From NCBI RefSeq assembly GCF_007748075.1, contig NZ_CP036280.1, forward strand, positions 2,160,001 through 2,192,000: 32,000 nucleotides of DNA, read 5' to 3'. The stretch is from Mucisphaera calidilacus (lineage in GTDB: Bacteria > Planctomycetota > Phycisphaerae > Phycisphaerales > Phycisphaeraceae). Below are positions 16,648-26,240 of the stretch, one piece after another; the stretch's first letter is position 1; every line of letters starts with the position of its first letter. The position numbers were made by a program, and so were the translations under genes. The notes below the pieces were generated by a model, which did not search any database, was not told where the DNA came from, and saw only the letters and a program-made list of their open reading frames with translations.

Positions 16648-17508
16648 TCACCCCTTCAGCACACCCGTCACGATCAGCACCGCCACCACCACACCCAACG
16701 CCACCCGGTACCAACCGAACAACGCCAGCCCGTGCTGCTTCAAATAATCCACCATCCAACGCACCGCCACCACCGCCGACGCCCACGCCGCCACGCTGCC
16801 GATGATCATCGGCGTCCACCCGTACGCCTCCAGCATCACCGGCCCCGCATCGATCGCCTTGTACACCGTCGCCGCCAGCAGCGTCACCACACCAATCAGA
16901 AACGAAAACTCCACCGCCGCCGCCAGCGACATCCCCACCAAAACACCCGCCACGATCGTCATCAGCGAACGACTCGTCCCGGGCCACATCGCCACGCACT
17001 GCAGCAACCCGATCACCAGCGCCATCCGCCACGTCATGTCATCAATCCCCTTCGCCTCCCGCCCCTCCGACACCCCCCGCTTCGACCGCCACACATCGAC
17101 CGCCAGAATCGCCACACCACCCACCACCCACGCCGTCACAATCGGCCACAGACCGAACAGATACATCTCGATCTTGTCGTCAAACAACTTCCCCAGAATC
17201 GCCGCGGGGATAAACGCCACGATCAGGTTCCACGCCAGCCGCGCCCCCGCCGGATCCTTCTCCTTCCTCAGCCCCACCGCCCCCAACGACCCCAGCACGC
17301 CCTGCTTCACACGCCCCGCATACAACCCCAGCACCGCAATGATCGCCCCGCCCTGAATGCAGATCGCGTAAGCATTCGCCGCCGGACCATCCAGCCCCAT
17401 GGCCCGCTGTGCCAGAATCAGGTGCCCCGTCGAGCTCACCGGCAGGTACTCCGTCAGCCCCTCCACAACCCCCAGCACGATCGCCTCCCACCAGCTCATG
17501 TCACTCAT
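16648..17508 (-). CDS. uppP: Undecaprenyl-diphosphate phosphatase
   Basis: WEAIVLGVVEGLTEYLPVSSTGHLIL is the BacA/UppP signature. The protein is polytopic. The start is either 17508 or the ATG at 17499. Confidence 0.9.
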   Translation of the reverse strand: MSDMSWWEAIVLGVVEGLTEYLPVSSTGHLILAQRAMGLDGPAANAYAICIQGGAIIAVLGLYAGRVKQGVLGSLGAVGLRKEKDPAGARLAWNLIVAFIPAAILGKLFDDKIEMYLFGLWPIVTAWVVGGVAILAVDVWRSKRGVSEGREAKGIDDMTWRMALVIGLLQCVAMWPGTSRSLMTIVAGVLVGMSLAAAVEFSFLIGVVTLLAATVYKAIDAGPVMLEAYGWTPMIIGSVAAWASAVVAVRWMVDYLKQHGLALFGWYRVALGVVVAVLIVTGVLKG

Positions 17509-17659
17509 TGACCTATGCCCTTGATCAGACGGATCTTAAAGATCAGCCTGTAGATTGTCGTTTTATCATCCTTTCATCCGGATGAATGGATTAATTATGC
17601 CGATCACGATACTATCTATCCATCGGACAGACTGACCCCAACCCAACGGAACCTAACCG

Positions 17660-20600
17660 ATGAGCCGATTTGCCGACGAAATCGCCCGACGCGTCCTCTT
17701 CTTCGACGGCGCCATGGGCACCTCCATCCACAACATCGAGGACCTCGACCTCGAACGCGATTACCTCGGCCGCGAAAACTGCACCGAGGCCCTCCTCCTC
17801 ACACGACCCGAGGTCATCCAAGGCATCCACGAGACCTTCCTCGCCGCCGGCGCCGACGGCGTCGAGACCGACTCCTTCAACGCCTCCGTCCACACCATGG
17901 AGGACCAGGATCTCTCCGAACGCGTCTTCGAACTCAACAAGACCGCCGGCGAAGTCGCTCGCGCCGCCTGCGAGAACCACGCTACCGCCGACCGCCCGCG
18001 CTTCGTCATCGGCTCCATCGGCCCCGGCACCAAACTCGTCACCCTCGGACAGATCGACTACGACACCATGTTCCGCTCCTACAAGGAACAGGTCCGCGGA
18101 CTCCTCGCGGGTGGTGCCGACGTCATCCTCATCGAAACCGCCCAGGACATCCTCCAGGTCAAGTGCGTCATCAACGCCGCACTCGAAGCCCTCAGCGACG
18201 CCAATCTCACACCCGACACCGGCACCAACGGGGGCGACATCCCCATCATGGTCCAGGTCACCATCGAGCAGTTCGGCACCACCCTCATCGGCACCGACAT
18301 CGCAGGCGTCGCCGCCGCCCTCAAGGACTTCCCCATCTTCTCCCTCGGCATGAACTGCGCCACCGGCCCCGTCGAGATGGGCGAGCACCTCAACTACCTC
18401 GCCAGGAACTGGCACGGCCGACTCTCACTCCTACCCAACGCCGGCCTACCCACACTCGTCGAGGGCAGAACCGTCTTCCCCCTCCAGCCCGAACCCTTCG
18501 CCGAGAAGGTCGCCGAGTACGTCGAAACCATGGGCCTCAACATCGTCGGCGGATGCTGCGGCACCACGCCCGCCCACATCCGCGGACTCGTCGAGGCCAT
18601 CGGCACCAGCCACGCCCCCGCCAGCGTCACCAAGGCCAACTGGAAGCCCGCCGTCTCCTCACTCATGGGCGCCGTCGACTACCGCCAGGACAACTCCATC
18701 CTCAACATCGGCGAACGCACCAACGCCTCCGGCTCGCGTAAATTCAAACGACTCCTCGAAGAGGAAAACTGGGACGAGATCATGTCCCTCGCCAAGGACA
18801 TGGTCCGAGAGGGATCCCACGTCATCGACGTCAACGTCGACTACGCCGGCCGGGACAACGCCGCCGACATGACCACCATCGTCAGCAAGCTCGTCAACCA
18901 GGTCAACGCACCCCTCATGCTCGACTCCACCCAGCCCGCCACCATCGAGGCAGGCCTGAAAGTCGCGGGCGGCAAGTGCATCATCAACTCCGCCAACCTC
19001 GAAGACGGCGAGGAGAAGTTCGCCCAACTCTGCAACCTCGCAAAGACCTACGGCGCCGGACTCGTCCTCGGCACCATCGACGAAGACCCCGAAGAGGCCA
19101 TGGCACGCACACGCGAACGCAAACTCGCCATCGCACAACGCATGCACGACCTCGCCGTGAACAAGCACGGCCTCAAGCCCGAAGACCTCATGTTCGACCC
19201 CCTCGTCCTGCCCGTCTCCACCGGCATGGACAAGGACAAACGCTCCGGGCTCGAGACCATCGAGGGCACACGCCTGATCGCGCAGCACTTCCCCGACTGC
19301 CAGATCACCTGCGGCCTCTCCAACATCAGCTTCGGACTCAACCCCGCCGCACGACAGGTCCTCAACTCCGTCTTCCTCAGCGAACTCGTCGAGGCCGGCA
19401 TGACCTCCGCCATCCTCCACGTCTCGAAAATCCTCCCCAAAAACCGCATCCCCGACGAACAGTGGGACGCCGCGCTCGACGTCCTCTACGACCGCCCCGC
19501 ACAAAGCCCCGTCAAGCTCGAGGACGGATCCGAGACCACCGACCCGCTCCAGATCTTCATCGACCTCTTTGCCGACGCCACCGTCCAGTCCACCAAAGTC
19601 GACCTCTCCGAGCTCTCCCTCGAAGACCGGCTCCGCCGACACATCATCGACGGCGAACAGAAAAACATCGACCAGACCCTCGAAGAGGCGATGACCAAGT
19701 ACCCGCCGCTCGACATCATCAACAACCACCTGCTCGACGGCATGCGCGTCGTCGGCGAGCTCTTCGGCTCCGGCCAGATGCAGCTCCCCTTCGTCCTCCA
19801 GTCCGCGCAGGTCATGAAAAAGGCCGTCGCCCACCTCGAACCCCACATGGAGAAGGTCGAGGGACAGACCAAGGGAACCATGCTCCTCGCCACCGTCCGA
19901 GGCGACGTCCACGACATCGGCAAAAACCTCGTCGACATCATCCTCAGCAACAACGGCTACACCGTCCACAACATCGGCATCAAGATCCCCGTCAACGAGA
20001 TCATCGCCAAGTACCACGAGACCAAACCCGACGCCATCGGCCTCTCCGGACTCCTCGTCAAGTCCGTCAACGTCATGGAGGAGAACCTCAAGGAACTCAA
20101 CGCCCAGGGCATCGACGTCCCCATGATCCTCGGCGGCGCCGCGCTCTCACGACACTACTGCGAGTCACACCTCCGATCCGTCTACAACGGCAGGGTCTAC
20201 CACGGCACCGACGCCTTCGAAGGCCTCCGGCTCATGGACTACCTCGTCAACAACCGCACCGACGAACTCGACGACGAGATCGAAACCCGTCTCAACAAAC
20301 GCGCCGACACCGACGCCAAACTCGCCGCCATGGCCGAGAACAAAAAGAAGACCGCCAACGGCGCCACCGCCGTCGCAGCACCCGCGCGCAGCGAGGTCGC
20401 CACCGACGTCGCCGTCCCGACCGCACCCTTCTTCGGCAGCCGCATCGTCGAAGACATCCCCCTCGATCAGGTCCTCCCCTACGTCAACAAGGTCGCCCTC
20501 TACCGCGGGCAGTGGCAGTTCAAGAAGGGCAAAAAGTCCGACGCCGAGTACCAGGACCAGGTCGACCACGAGGTCGAACCCATCTTCCAGGAACTCCGGC

Positions 20601-21208
20601 GACGCGCCCACGACGAGGGCTTCCTCACACCCAGGATCGTCTACGGCTACTACCCCTGCCAGTCCGACGCCGACGACCTCATCATCTTCGACCCCGACGA
20701 CCACGACCGCGAGATCGAACGCTTCTCCTTCCCACGCCAGGAAGCGCGCAAGCGGCTCTGCATCGCCGACTTCTTCCGCTCCGTCGACACCGGCGAAAAA
20801 GACGTCATCGGCCTCTCATGCGTCACCGTCGGGCACGAAGTCAGCCGCATCGCTAAGACACTCTTCGACAACGACGACTACCAGCAGTACCTCTACATCC
20901 ACGGCTTCGGCGTCGAGACCGCCGAGGCACTCGCCGAGCTCTGGCACAAACGCATGCGCGCCGAACTCGGCATCGGCAACGACGACAGCCCCGCCATCCG
21001 CGAACTCTTCACCCAGAAGTACCGCGGCTCACGCTACTCCTTCGGATACCCCGCCTGCCCCGATATGTCCGACCAGGAAAAACTCTTCCGACTCCTCGAA
21101 CCCCAACGCATCGGCTGCAACCTCACCGAGAACTGGCAGATCGACCCCGAACAATCCACCTCCGCCATCATCGTCCACCACCCCGAAGCCAAGTACTTCA
21201 ACGTCTGA
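17660..21208 (+). CDS. metH: Cobalamin-dependent methionine synthase
   Basis: At 1182 aa it carries all four modules. The Hcy S-methyltransferase module includes GGCCGTTP. A pterin-binding module follows. The B12-binding motif is DVHDIGKN. The C-terminal AdoMet activation domain includes RYSFGYPACPD. Confidence 0.95.
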   Translation: MSRFADEIARRVLFFDGAMGTSIHNIEDLDLERDYLGRENCTEALLLTRPEVIQGIHETFLAAGADGVETDSFNASVHTMEDQDLSERVFELNKTAGEVARAACENHATADRPRFVIGSIGPGTKLVTLGQIDYDTMFRSYKEQVRGLLAGGADVILIETAQDILQVKCVINAALEALSDANLTPDTGTNGGDIPIMVQVTIEQFGTTLIGTDIAGVAAALKDFPIFSLGMNCATGPVEMGEHLNYLARNWHGRLSLLPNAGLPTLVEGRTVFPLQPEPFAEKVAEYVETMGLNIVGGCCGTTPAHIRGLVEAIGTSHAPASVTKANWKPAVSSLMGAVDYRQDNSILNIGERTNASGSRKFKRLLEEENWDEIMSLAKDMVREGSHVIDVNVDYAGRDNAADMTTIVSKLVNQVNAPLMLDSTQPATIEAGLKVAGGKCIINSANLEDGEEKFAQLCNLAKTYGAGLVLGTIDEDPEEAMARTRERKLAIAQRMHDLAVNKHGLKPEDLMFDPLVLPVSTGMDKDKRSGLETIEGTRLIAQHFPDCQITCGLSNISFGLNPAARQVLNSVFLSELVEAGMTSAILHVSKILPKNRIPDEQWDAALDVLYDRPAQSPVKLEDGSETTDPLQIFIDLFADATVQSTKVDLSELSLEDRLRRHIIDGEQKNIDQTLEEAMTKYPPLDIINNHLLDGMRVVGELFGSGQMQLPFVLQSAQVMKKAVAHLEPHMEKVEGQTKGTMLLATVRGDVHDIGKNLVDIILSNNGYTVHNIGIKIPVNEIIAKYHETKPDAIGLSGLLVKSVNVMEENLKELNAQGIDVPMILGGAALSRHYCESHLRSVYNGRVYHGTDAFEGLRLMDYLVNNRTDELDDEIETRLNKRADTDAKLAAMAENKKKTANGATAVAAPARSEVATDVAVPTAPFFGSRIVEDIPLDQVLPYVNKVALYRGQWQFKKGKKSDAEYQDQVDHEVEPIFQELRRRAHDEGFLTPRIVYGYYPCQSDADDLIIFDPDDHDREIERFSFPRQEARKRLCIADFFRSVDTGEKDVIGLSCVTVGHEVSRIAKTLFDNDDYQQYLYIHGFGVETAEALAELWHKRMRAELGIGNDDSPAIRELFTQKYRGSRYSFGYPACPDMSDQEKLFRLLEPQRIGCNLTENWQIDPEQSTSAIIVHHPEAKYFNV

Positions 21209-21940
21209 TCAGTACCAATCCAACACCCGCTCCGCCTTCGTCGCCTGCCACGACGTGAAACGAGACACCAGACGTATACACAGCAGGCACGACCAGACCT
21301 CCAGCGTCATCAACACACCCATCCACACGAAGGACACCACCATGAACAGGATCGGGTCCTCAAAGATCACCGGGCTAGCCACCATGATCACGCCCACGAT
21401 GAAGCCTGCAACAATGGGCAGCACCAACGAAATCACCAGCAGCGTGATGTCCACGCCCCAGAGCCGGTTCACCGTCCGCACCGTCCACAACCCACCATCG
21501 TCGTCCGCCTCGTCACGCGAACCGTCGCCGATCTGCCGCAGCACGAGGTAAGGCATAAACAGATTCGCAATCGGCACCAGCCACCACAACCACGCCCCGT
21601 GCGGGCTCGCTTCTATCCCCTCGACACCCATCGCCCTCAGATTCAGCACCATCCGGTGCAGCCAGACGAAAAACACGATCGTCGAAATCCACAACAACAC
21701 ATCACCCAGCCAGTCAACCACGCCGATCGCCGTCATCGCCAGCATCAGTGCCTGGTCTTCCCGCACCCGCAGTGTCGGCACCAGCAAATTCTCAGTTACA
21801 CCCCCCACCGCCACCGCACACAACGCCACCGTCACCAGATAAAGCAGCATCGACCCGAGATAACCCCACGACAGGTAGACCACCCACCTGCCCAACTCAC
21901 CCGCCGGATGATAATCCTCCGGAACATACGCTCGACTCAT
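21209..21940 (-). CDS. DUF4328 domain-containing membrane protein
   Basis: Polytopic protein. The core WLHRMVLNLRAMGVEGIEASPHGAWLWWLVPIANLFMPYLVLRQIG matches my recollection of the DUF4328 signature. RBS GAAGGGGG lies upstream. Confidence 0.7.
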   Translation of the reverse strand: MSRAYVPEDYHPAGELGRWVVYLSWGYLGSMLLYLVTVALCAVAVGGVTENLLVPTLRVREDQALMLAMTAIGVVDWLGDVLLWISTIVFFVWLHRMVLNLRAMGVEGIEASPHGAWLWWLVPIANLFMPYLVLRQIGDGSRDEADDDGGLWTVRTVNRLWGVDITLLVISLVLPIVAGFIVGVIMVASPVIFEDPILFMVVSFVWMGVLMTLEVWSCLLCIRLVSRFTSWQATKAERVLDWY

Positions 21941-21962
21941 AGCTGCCCCCTTCTAAGGGTGA

Positions 21963-22682
21963 CTACAACCCGCGGTACTTCGAGTAATGCGACGCCTCAA
22001 TCGAAGCATGCTCCTCCATCGCCGCAAACACTTCCGACGCCTTCTCATCCATCATCCACGCAAACCGACGCGCGATCCTGATCAGATAAACCAACGCGAC
22101 CACACCCAGCCCGAACGAAACCGCCGACAGCCACGTGCCCATCGTCACGTTCGTCGTCATCATCCCGTCCGCCACACGGCCCGCGATCCCGCCCAGCAGA
22201 AAAAAGGCCCACCACGACGTCACGTCCGCGGGCGTCCGGTCCGACAAGTGATCGATATCCCCCACGCCCGGCTCCACCGACAGGCCGATCTGCTTCATCA
22301 CACGGAAAGGCATCACCAGGTTCGCGAACGGCACAAGATGCCACAGCCACGCACCATGAGGCGTCGCCTGCACGCCACGCACCCCCAACGCCCGGCTGTT
22401 CTTGATCATCCGGTACAACCAGCGGAAATACGTCACCGCCGACACCACGAGCGCCGCCAGGAAACCCAGAGCCGACACCCCCAGCAACAACCCAACCGTC
22501 GCCTCCGCATCGGAGACGAACTCCATCGAGTCATCGTCCCACGTCGAGAAAGTCGACCGCCCGTACGCATCAACCGCCAGCACCGCCGCCAACAGCACGT
22601 AGGTCAGCACCGACGAAACCACCATCCACGTCGTCAGACCGGCAGGCGACCGGTACTCATCCGCATAAACCTGCGTCCGCAT
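21963..22682 (-). CDS. DUF4328 domain-containing membrane protein (paralogue of the downstream gene)
   Basis: Core WLYRMIKNSRALGVRGVQATPHGAWLWHLVPFANLVMPFRVMKQIG. RBS AAGGAG. Separated by 22 nt from the paralogue. Confidence 0.7.
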   Translation of the reverse strand: MRTQVYADEYRSPAGLTTWMVVSSVLTYVLLAAVLAVDAYGRSTFSTWDDDSMEFVSDAEATVGLLLGVSALGFLAALVVSAVTYFRWLYRMIKNSRALGVRGVQATPHGAWLWHLVPFANLVMPFRVMKQIGLSVEPGVGDIDHLSDRTPADVTSWWAFFLLGGIAGRVADGMMTTNVTMGTWLSAVSFGLGVVALVYLIRIARRFAWMMDEKASEVFAAMEEHASIEASHYSKYRGL

Positions 22683-22828
22683 CAGAAAAACTCCTTCTCA
22701 GGCCACAGCATAACCCATGACCACCCGCAGGAAGAAAACACCACCCACACCGACGCCACGCTCCGAACACGCCTATGGTTTCCTCGGCTCAGGAAGACCC
22801 ATCCCCAAAGCACTGAAAAGGAGCACCC

Positions 22829-23386
22829 ATGCTGCGCACCCTCGCCTCCGCCGCCCTTACCGCCCTCATCGCCGCGCCGACCATTGCCGCCGACGACTAC
22901 GCCCTCGACACCGCACACACGGCCATCGTCTTCAAGGTTGACCACGCCGGCCGAAGCTTCACGTGGGGCAATTTCAACCAGATCGAAGGCAACTTCACCA
23001 TCGACAACGATAACCCCGCCAACTCCAGCTTCGCCTTCACCGTCGCCGCCGACAGCATCGACACCAACCACCGCCAACGCGACAACCACCTCCGCGGACC
23101 CGATTTCTTCAACGTCCGACGCTACCCCGACATCACCCTCAACAGCACCAGCGTCCAGCCCATCGACGACGGACTCCGCGTCACCGCCGACATCACCCTC
23201 CTCGGTACCACCCGACCCGTCACCTTCGACCTCACCAAGCTCGGCGAGGGCGAATCACGCGGAAAAACCTACGTCGGCTACGACACCCAACTCACCATCA
23301 AACGTTCCGAATTCGGCATGGACTACGGCCTTGGCGGCATCGGCGACGACGTCACCCTCTTCGTCTCATTCGAAGGCGAGCGCTGA
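22829..23386 (+). CDS. YceI family (polyisoprenoid-binding) periplasmic protein
   Basis: Signal peptide, then YALDTAHTAIVFKVDH, GNFNQIEGNFT and DSIDTNHRQRDNHLRGPDFFNV. RBS AAAAGGAG. Confidence 0.85.
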   Translation: MLRTLASAALTALIAAPTIAADDYALDTAHTAIVFKVDHAGRSFTWGNFNQIEGNFTIDNDNPANSSFAFTVAADSIDTNHRQRDNHLRGPDFFNVRRYPDITLNSTSVQPIDDGLRVTADITLLGTTRPVTFDLTKLGEGESRGKTYVGYDTQLTIKRSEFGMDYGLGGIGDDVTLFVSFEGER

Positions 23387-23445
23387 TCCCGCCAACGCGC
23401 CGGATTCCCGATCGACGTCAACGCCTTACCCTTCAAGGGCACGCG

Positions 23446-23895
23446 CTAGCTATCGTGCACGACCACAAGCTCAACACCCGGATCACCCCCGGCATCACGC
23501 CCCCGGTCACAAGCCAGGAAAGCGTGCTGCCCCATCCGCAGCGCCAGACGAGCGCCCTCGGCCCTGGTCATCCCTAACACCAGCCGCGACGCCTCGTCCG
23601 GCCAATCACCCGCGTCCGCGATCGCTCTGCCCACGTAGTAATCAAAGCCATCCCGATCCAGCGACGCATCCAGCTCAGCCAGCCGCGCCGCATTCTCCGC
23701 ATCACTCAGAACCTCCGAACCCGGATTCGCAGCCGTCAGGTAGACCGCCGTCATCACGCCATGCTCACCCATGAGCCTCCGCATCGCGCGGCACGTCTGC
23801 CCCACGCGCAGCGTGATGACACCCGCAGGCGTCTCCGCCGTGTAGCTCGTCGCGCGATACGCCTCCAGAAGCTCCCGGCTCATCCGTGCCATCAC
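23446..23895 (-). CDS. DUF3293 domain-containing protein
   Basis: The pattern Y..TSY...TP.G.ITLRVGQ ... YLTAANPGSEVLSDAENAARLAEL ... DWPDEASRLVLGM ... GQHAF fits my recollection of the DUF3293 family. Confidence 0.65.
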   Translation of the reverse strand: MMARMSRELLEAYRATSYTAETPAGVITLRVGQTCRAMRRLMGEHGVMTAVYLTAANPGSEVLSDAENAARLAELDASLDRDGFDYYVGRAIADAGDWPDEASRLVLGMTRAEGARLALRMGQHAFLACDRGRDAGGDPGVELVVVHDS

Positions 23896-23901
23896 CCCAT
23901 C

Positions 23902-25518
23902 CTACCGCCGCGTCAGCCGCACCAGCCTCGCGTTCAGCCGCTCGCCCTCGATCTCCTCCACCACCTCCACACGACCCGGATACGCCGCCTCCATCTGCTC
24001 CACCTCGAACGGATAAAGCACGTACCAGCCCGTCACGCCCGGTGCATCACCCTCCAGCGCCTCGTCCAGCAGACGCCTCGGCACGACCCCCGCGTAATAG
24101 AACAGCCCCGGCTTATCGTTCCACAGCTTCCCCGCCACAACCGCCTCACCCCTGTCGACGTGCTCCGCGATCAACCCCGCCGCCGTCGCCGAACTGAACC
24201 GATACCGGTCCGCGTGCTTGAGCCCCGAATACCCCATCGACGTCGCTCCCAGAGCCACCGTCCCGACCAGCAGCCAGCCCGCGGGCGCGAGCGCGCGTCC
24301 ACGCACAACCACCAACAGCAACAGCGGGACCAGCACACACACCAGCAGCATCGCCCCCGTCGCCGTCACCGGCCACACCGACACCACCATCGCCGCCAGG
24401 CCCGCCAGAGCCCCCGCGCCCGCCACCACCGCAATCCGACCCACGTGCACCATCAGCCACTCGGGCAGCCTCCGGTCGAGCCACCGATCCAGCATCACGC
24501 CGGCCGGCAGCGTCAGCAACGGCAGCAGGATGTACCCGTACCTCGGATTCTCCAGCAGGAAGACCACCGACAACAGGCACCCCAACCCGAACCCCCACAC
24601 GCACGCCACCAATCGTCGCCTTGTCGAACGCACAAACCCCGCGCGCACCGACGGGTACACCGCCGCCAGGCTCGCCAGCGATACCGGCAGGCTGTACGCA
24701 ATCAGCAGCAGCGGCATCGACACCACGTCCAGCAGATAATCCGCCGTCAGCCGTGACGTAAACCGACCCACCAGTTCATTCACGCCCGCCTGCTCCACCG
24801 ACGCCCCCGCTCCCGCCGTCAGCCGGTCCACCGCCACAAACCAGCCCGCCGCCAGCAAAACACCCGCAACGATCGGCAGCCACACCGCCGGACGCAGCAG
24901 CCACCGCACACCAAAACCCGCCAGCGTCGGCGCGATCAGCGCCGGCAACACGACCGTCAGGCACGCAGGACCCTTCGTCAGCAACGCCGCGCCCAGCGAC
25001 CAAGCAATCAGCAGCGACCACCGCCACGGCCGACGCGCACGACCCATCACCAGCTCCGTCAGACCACCCCACACCAGCAACGCCAGCAGCGTGTTCAGCC
25101 CGTCGATCTCCGCGGTCCGGTTCTGTGCCCACAACGCGAAAAGCCACAGAAACGCAAAACCCGACAGAACACCCGCGCGACCCCCAAACCAACGCGACCC
25201 CAGCCACGCCAGCCAGACCGCGCTGCCCCCCGCCGCAAGAATCGTCGGCAGACGAAACACCCACGCCTCCCGCGTATCAAACAACCACGAGCAGGCCGCC
25301 AGCACCCACGGATGAAAAGGCGGCTTCCGCAGATACGTCTCACCAAGGATCGACGTCACCACCCAGTGCCCGTGATCCAAAGCGTCCATCGCCACCAGCG
25401 CTCGATGTACCTCCGTCCGTGCCAACGGCGGGCTCGCAAGCAACAACAGGTGCGACAGCACCACCGCGGCAAACACCGCGGTCAGCCAGACCCCCAGGCC
25501 CGGACCGGAACGCTTCAC
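23902..25518 (-). CDS. Glycosyltransferase family 39 (ArnT/PMT_2-like, polyprenyl-phosphate-sugar dependent)
   Basis: About 12 predicted TM segments. The first-loop motif is EVHRALVAMDALDHGHW...LGETYLRKPPFHPW. The GTG start overlaps the upstream stop as GTGA (25515-25518). Confidence 0.8.
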   Translation of the reverse strand: MKRSGPGLGVWLTAVFAAVVLSHLLLLASPPLARTEVHRALVAMDALDHGHWVVTSILGETYLRKPPFHPWVLAACSWLFDTREAWVFRLPTILAAGGSAVWLAWLGSRWFGGRAGVLSGFAFLWLFALWAQNRTAEIDGLNTLLALLVWGGLTELVMGRARRPWRWSLLIAWSLGAALLTKGPACLTVVLPALIAPTLAGFGVRWLLRPAVWLPIVAGVLLAAGWFVAVDRLTAGAGASVEQAGVNELVGRFTSRLTADYLLDVVSMPLLLIAYSLPVSLASLAAVYPSVRAGFVRSTRRRLVACVWGFGLGCLLSVVFLLENPRYGYILLPLLTLPAGVMLDRWLDRRLPEWLMVHVGRIAVVAGAGALAGLAAMVVSVWPVTATGAMLLVCVLVPLLLLVVVRGRALAPAGWLLVGTVALGATSMGYSGLKHADRYRFSSATAAGLIAEHVDRGEAVVAGKLWNDKPGLFYYAGVVPRRLLDEALEGDAPGVTGWYVLYPFEVEQMEAAYPGRVEVVEEIEGERLNARLVRLTRR

Positions 25519-26216
25519 CCGTCCTCACCCATCGGCATCACCGGCAGCGGGTCAGGCACCGCCTCCAGAACACCCTCCTCCACCAGACGCGACGCCACCA
25601 GACGCATGTGCTCGTTCATGTACGCCAGGAGTATCTGATCCTTGCTCGGACTCCAGTCGTAACGCTTGAGCTCCTCGATCACCTGCTCAGGCGTCCACCC
25701 CTCGTAGAACAATCGATAAAAACCAACCGCAGCGCCCGTCCGCTGGCTCCCCGCGGCACAGTGCATCAGCACCTGCTGCCCCTCGGCCATCGCCTCACGC
25801 AGCACCACCAGCGCCCGCACATACGACTCCGGATCACCCGTGCCGTCACCCGCCAGCGGGAAACGGTGACCCTCCACGCCCAGCCGCGCAATCGCCGCCG
25901 TCTCCGCCGCCTGCTCCGGGTTCGGACCGTTCCTGATACCCGTAAAATCGATGACGACATCAATCCCGCGACCCGCCAACACGCTTTCAATCAAGTGCTC
26001 GGAGATCTGACCGCTGCGGTAGACCTCACCCGGCACCACCTCGCCCAGCCGCTTGGCGATCAGCCGGTCCTTGAGAACAACATCCCAGACCAGAACCCCC
26101 GTCACCACGATCAACGCCACCACCAGCGCACGCTTCCAGTGACGACCCACCGGCGGGGCAACACTCACGGGAGGCGGATCAGACGCCACAGACGCGGAAT
26201 CAGATGAACGCTGCAT
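25515..26216 (-). CDS. Membrane-anchored Cys-based (dual-specificity/PTP-like) phosphatase
   Basis: One N-terminal TM segment (ALVVALIVVTGVLVWDVVL). Active-site loop VLMHCAAGSQRTGAAVG matches HCX5R(T). Confidence 0.75.
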   Translation of the reverse strand: MQRSSDSASVASDPPPVSVAPPVGRHWKRALVVALIVVTGVLVWDVVLKDRLIAKRLGEVVPGEVYRSGQISEHLIESVLAGRGIDVVIDFTGIRNGPNPEQAAETAAIARLGVEGHRFPLAGDGTGDPESYVRALVVLREAMAEGQQVLMHCAAGSQRTGAAVGFYRLFYEGWTPEQVIEELKRYDWSPSKDQILLAYMNEHMRLVASRLVEEGVLEAVPDPLPVMPMGEDG

Positions 26217-26240
26217 GACCCCATGATAGTCGCCATCCCG

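Noticed and set aside
17509-17659. A possible cobalamin, SAM or SAH riboswitch in the 151-nt AT-rich region upstream of metH.
   Set aside because: I found no B12-box (GCCACTG-like) and no SAM/SAH riboswitch core. I saw only short palindromes (GATCTT-a-AAGATC at about 17531-17543 and TCATCC/GGATGA at about 17567-17585). The region is most simply the divergent uppP/metH promoter region. An Infernal/Rfam scan would settle it.
18659-20017. 452-aa antisense ORF within metH. The same applies to the 372-aa antisense ORF at 30521..31639 within floA and the 595-aa ORF at 21987..23774.
   Set aside because: All three are composition-driven shadow ORFs that overlap genes with clear family motifs. Their translations are low-complexity, either G/D/V/A-rich or P/R/H-rich.
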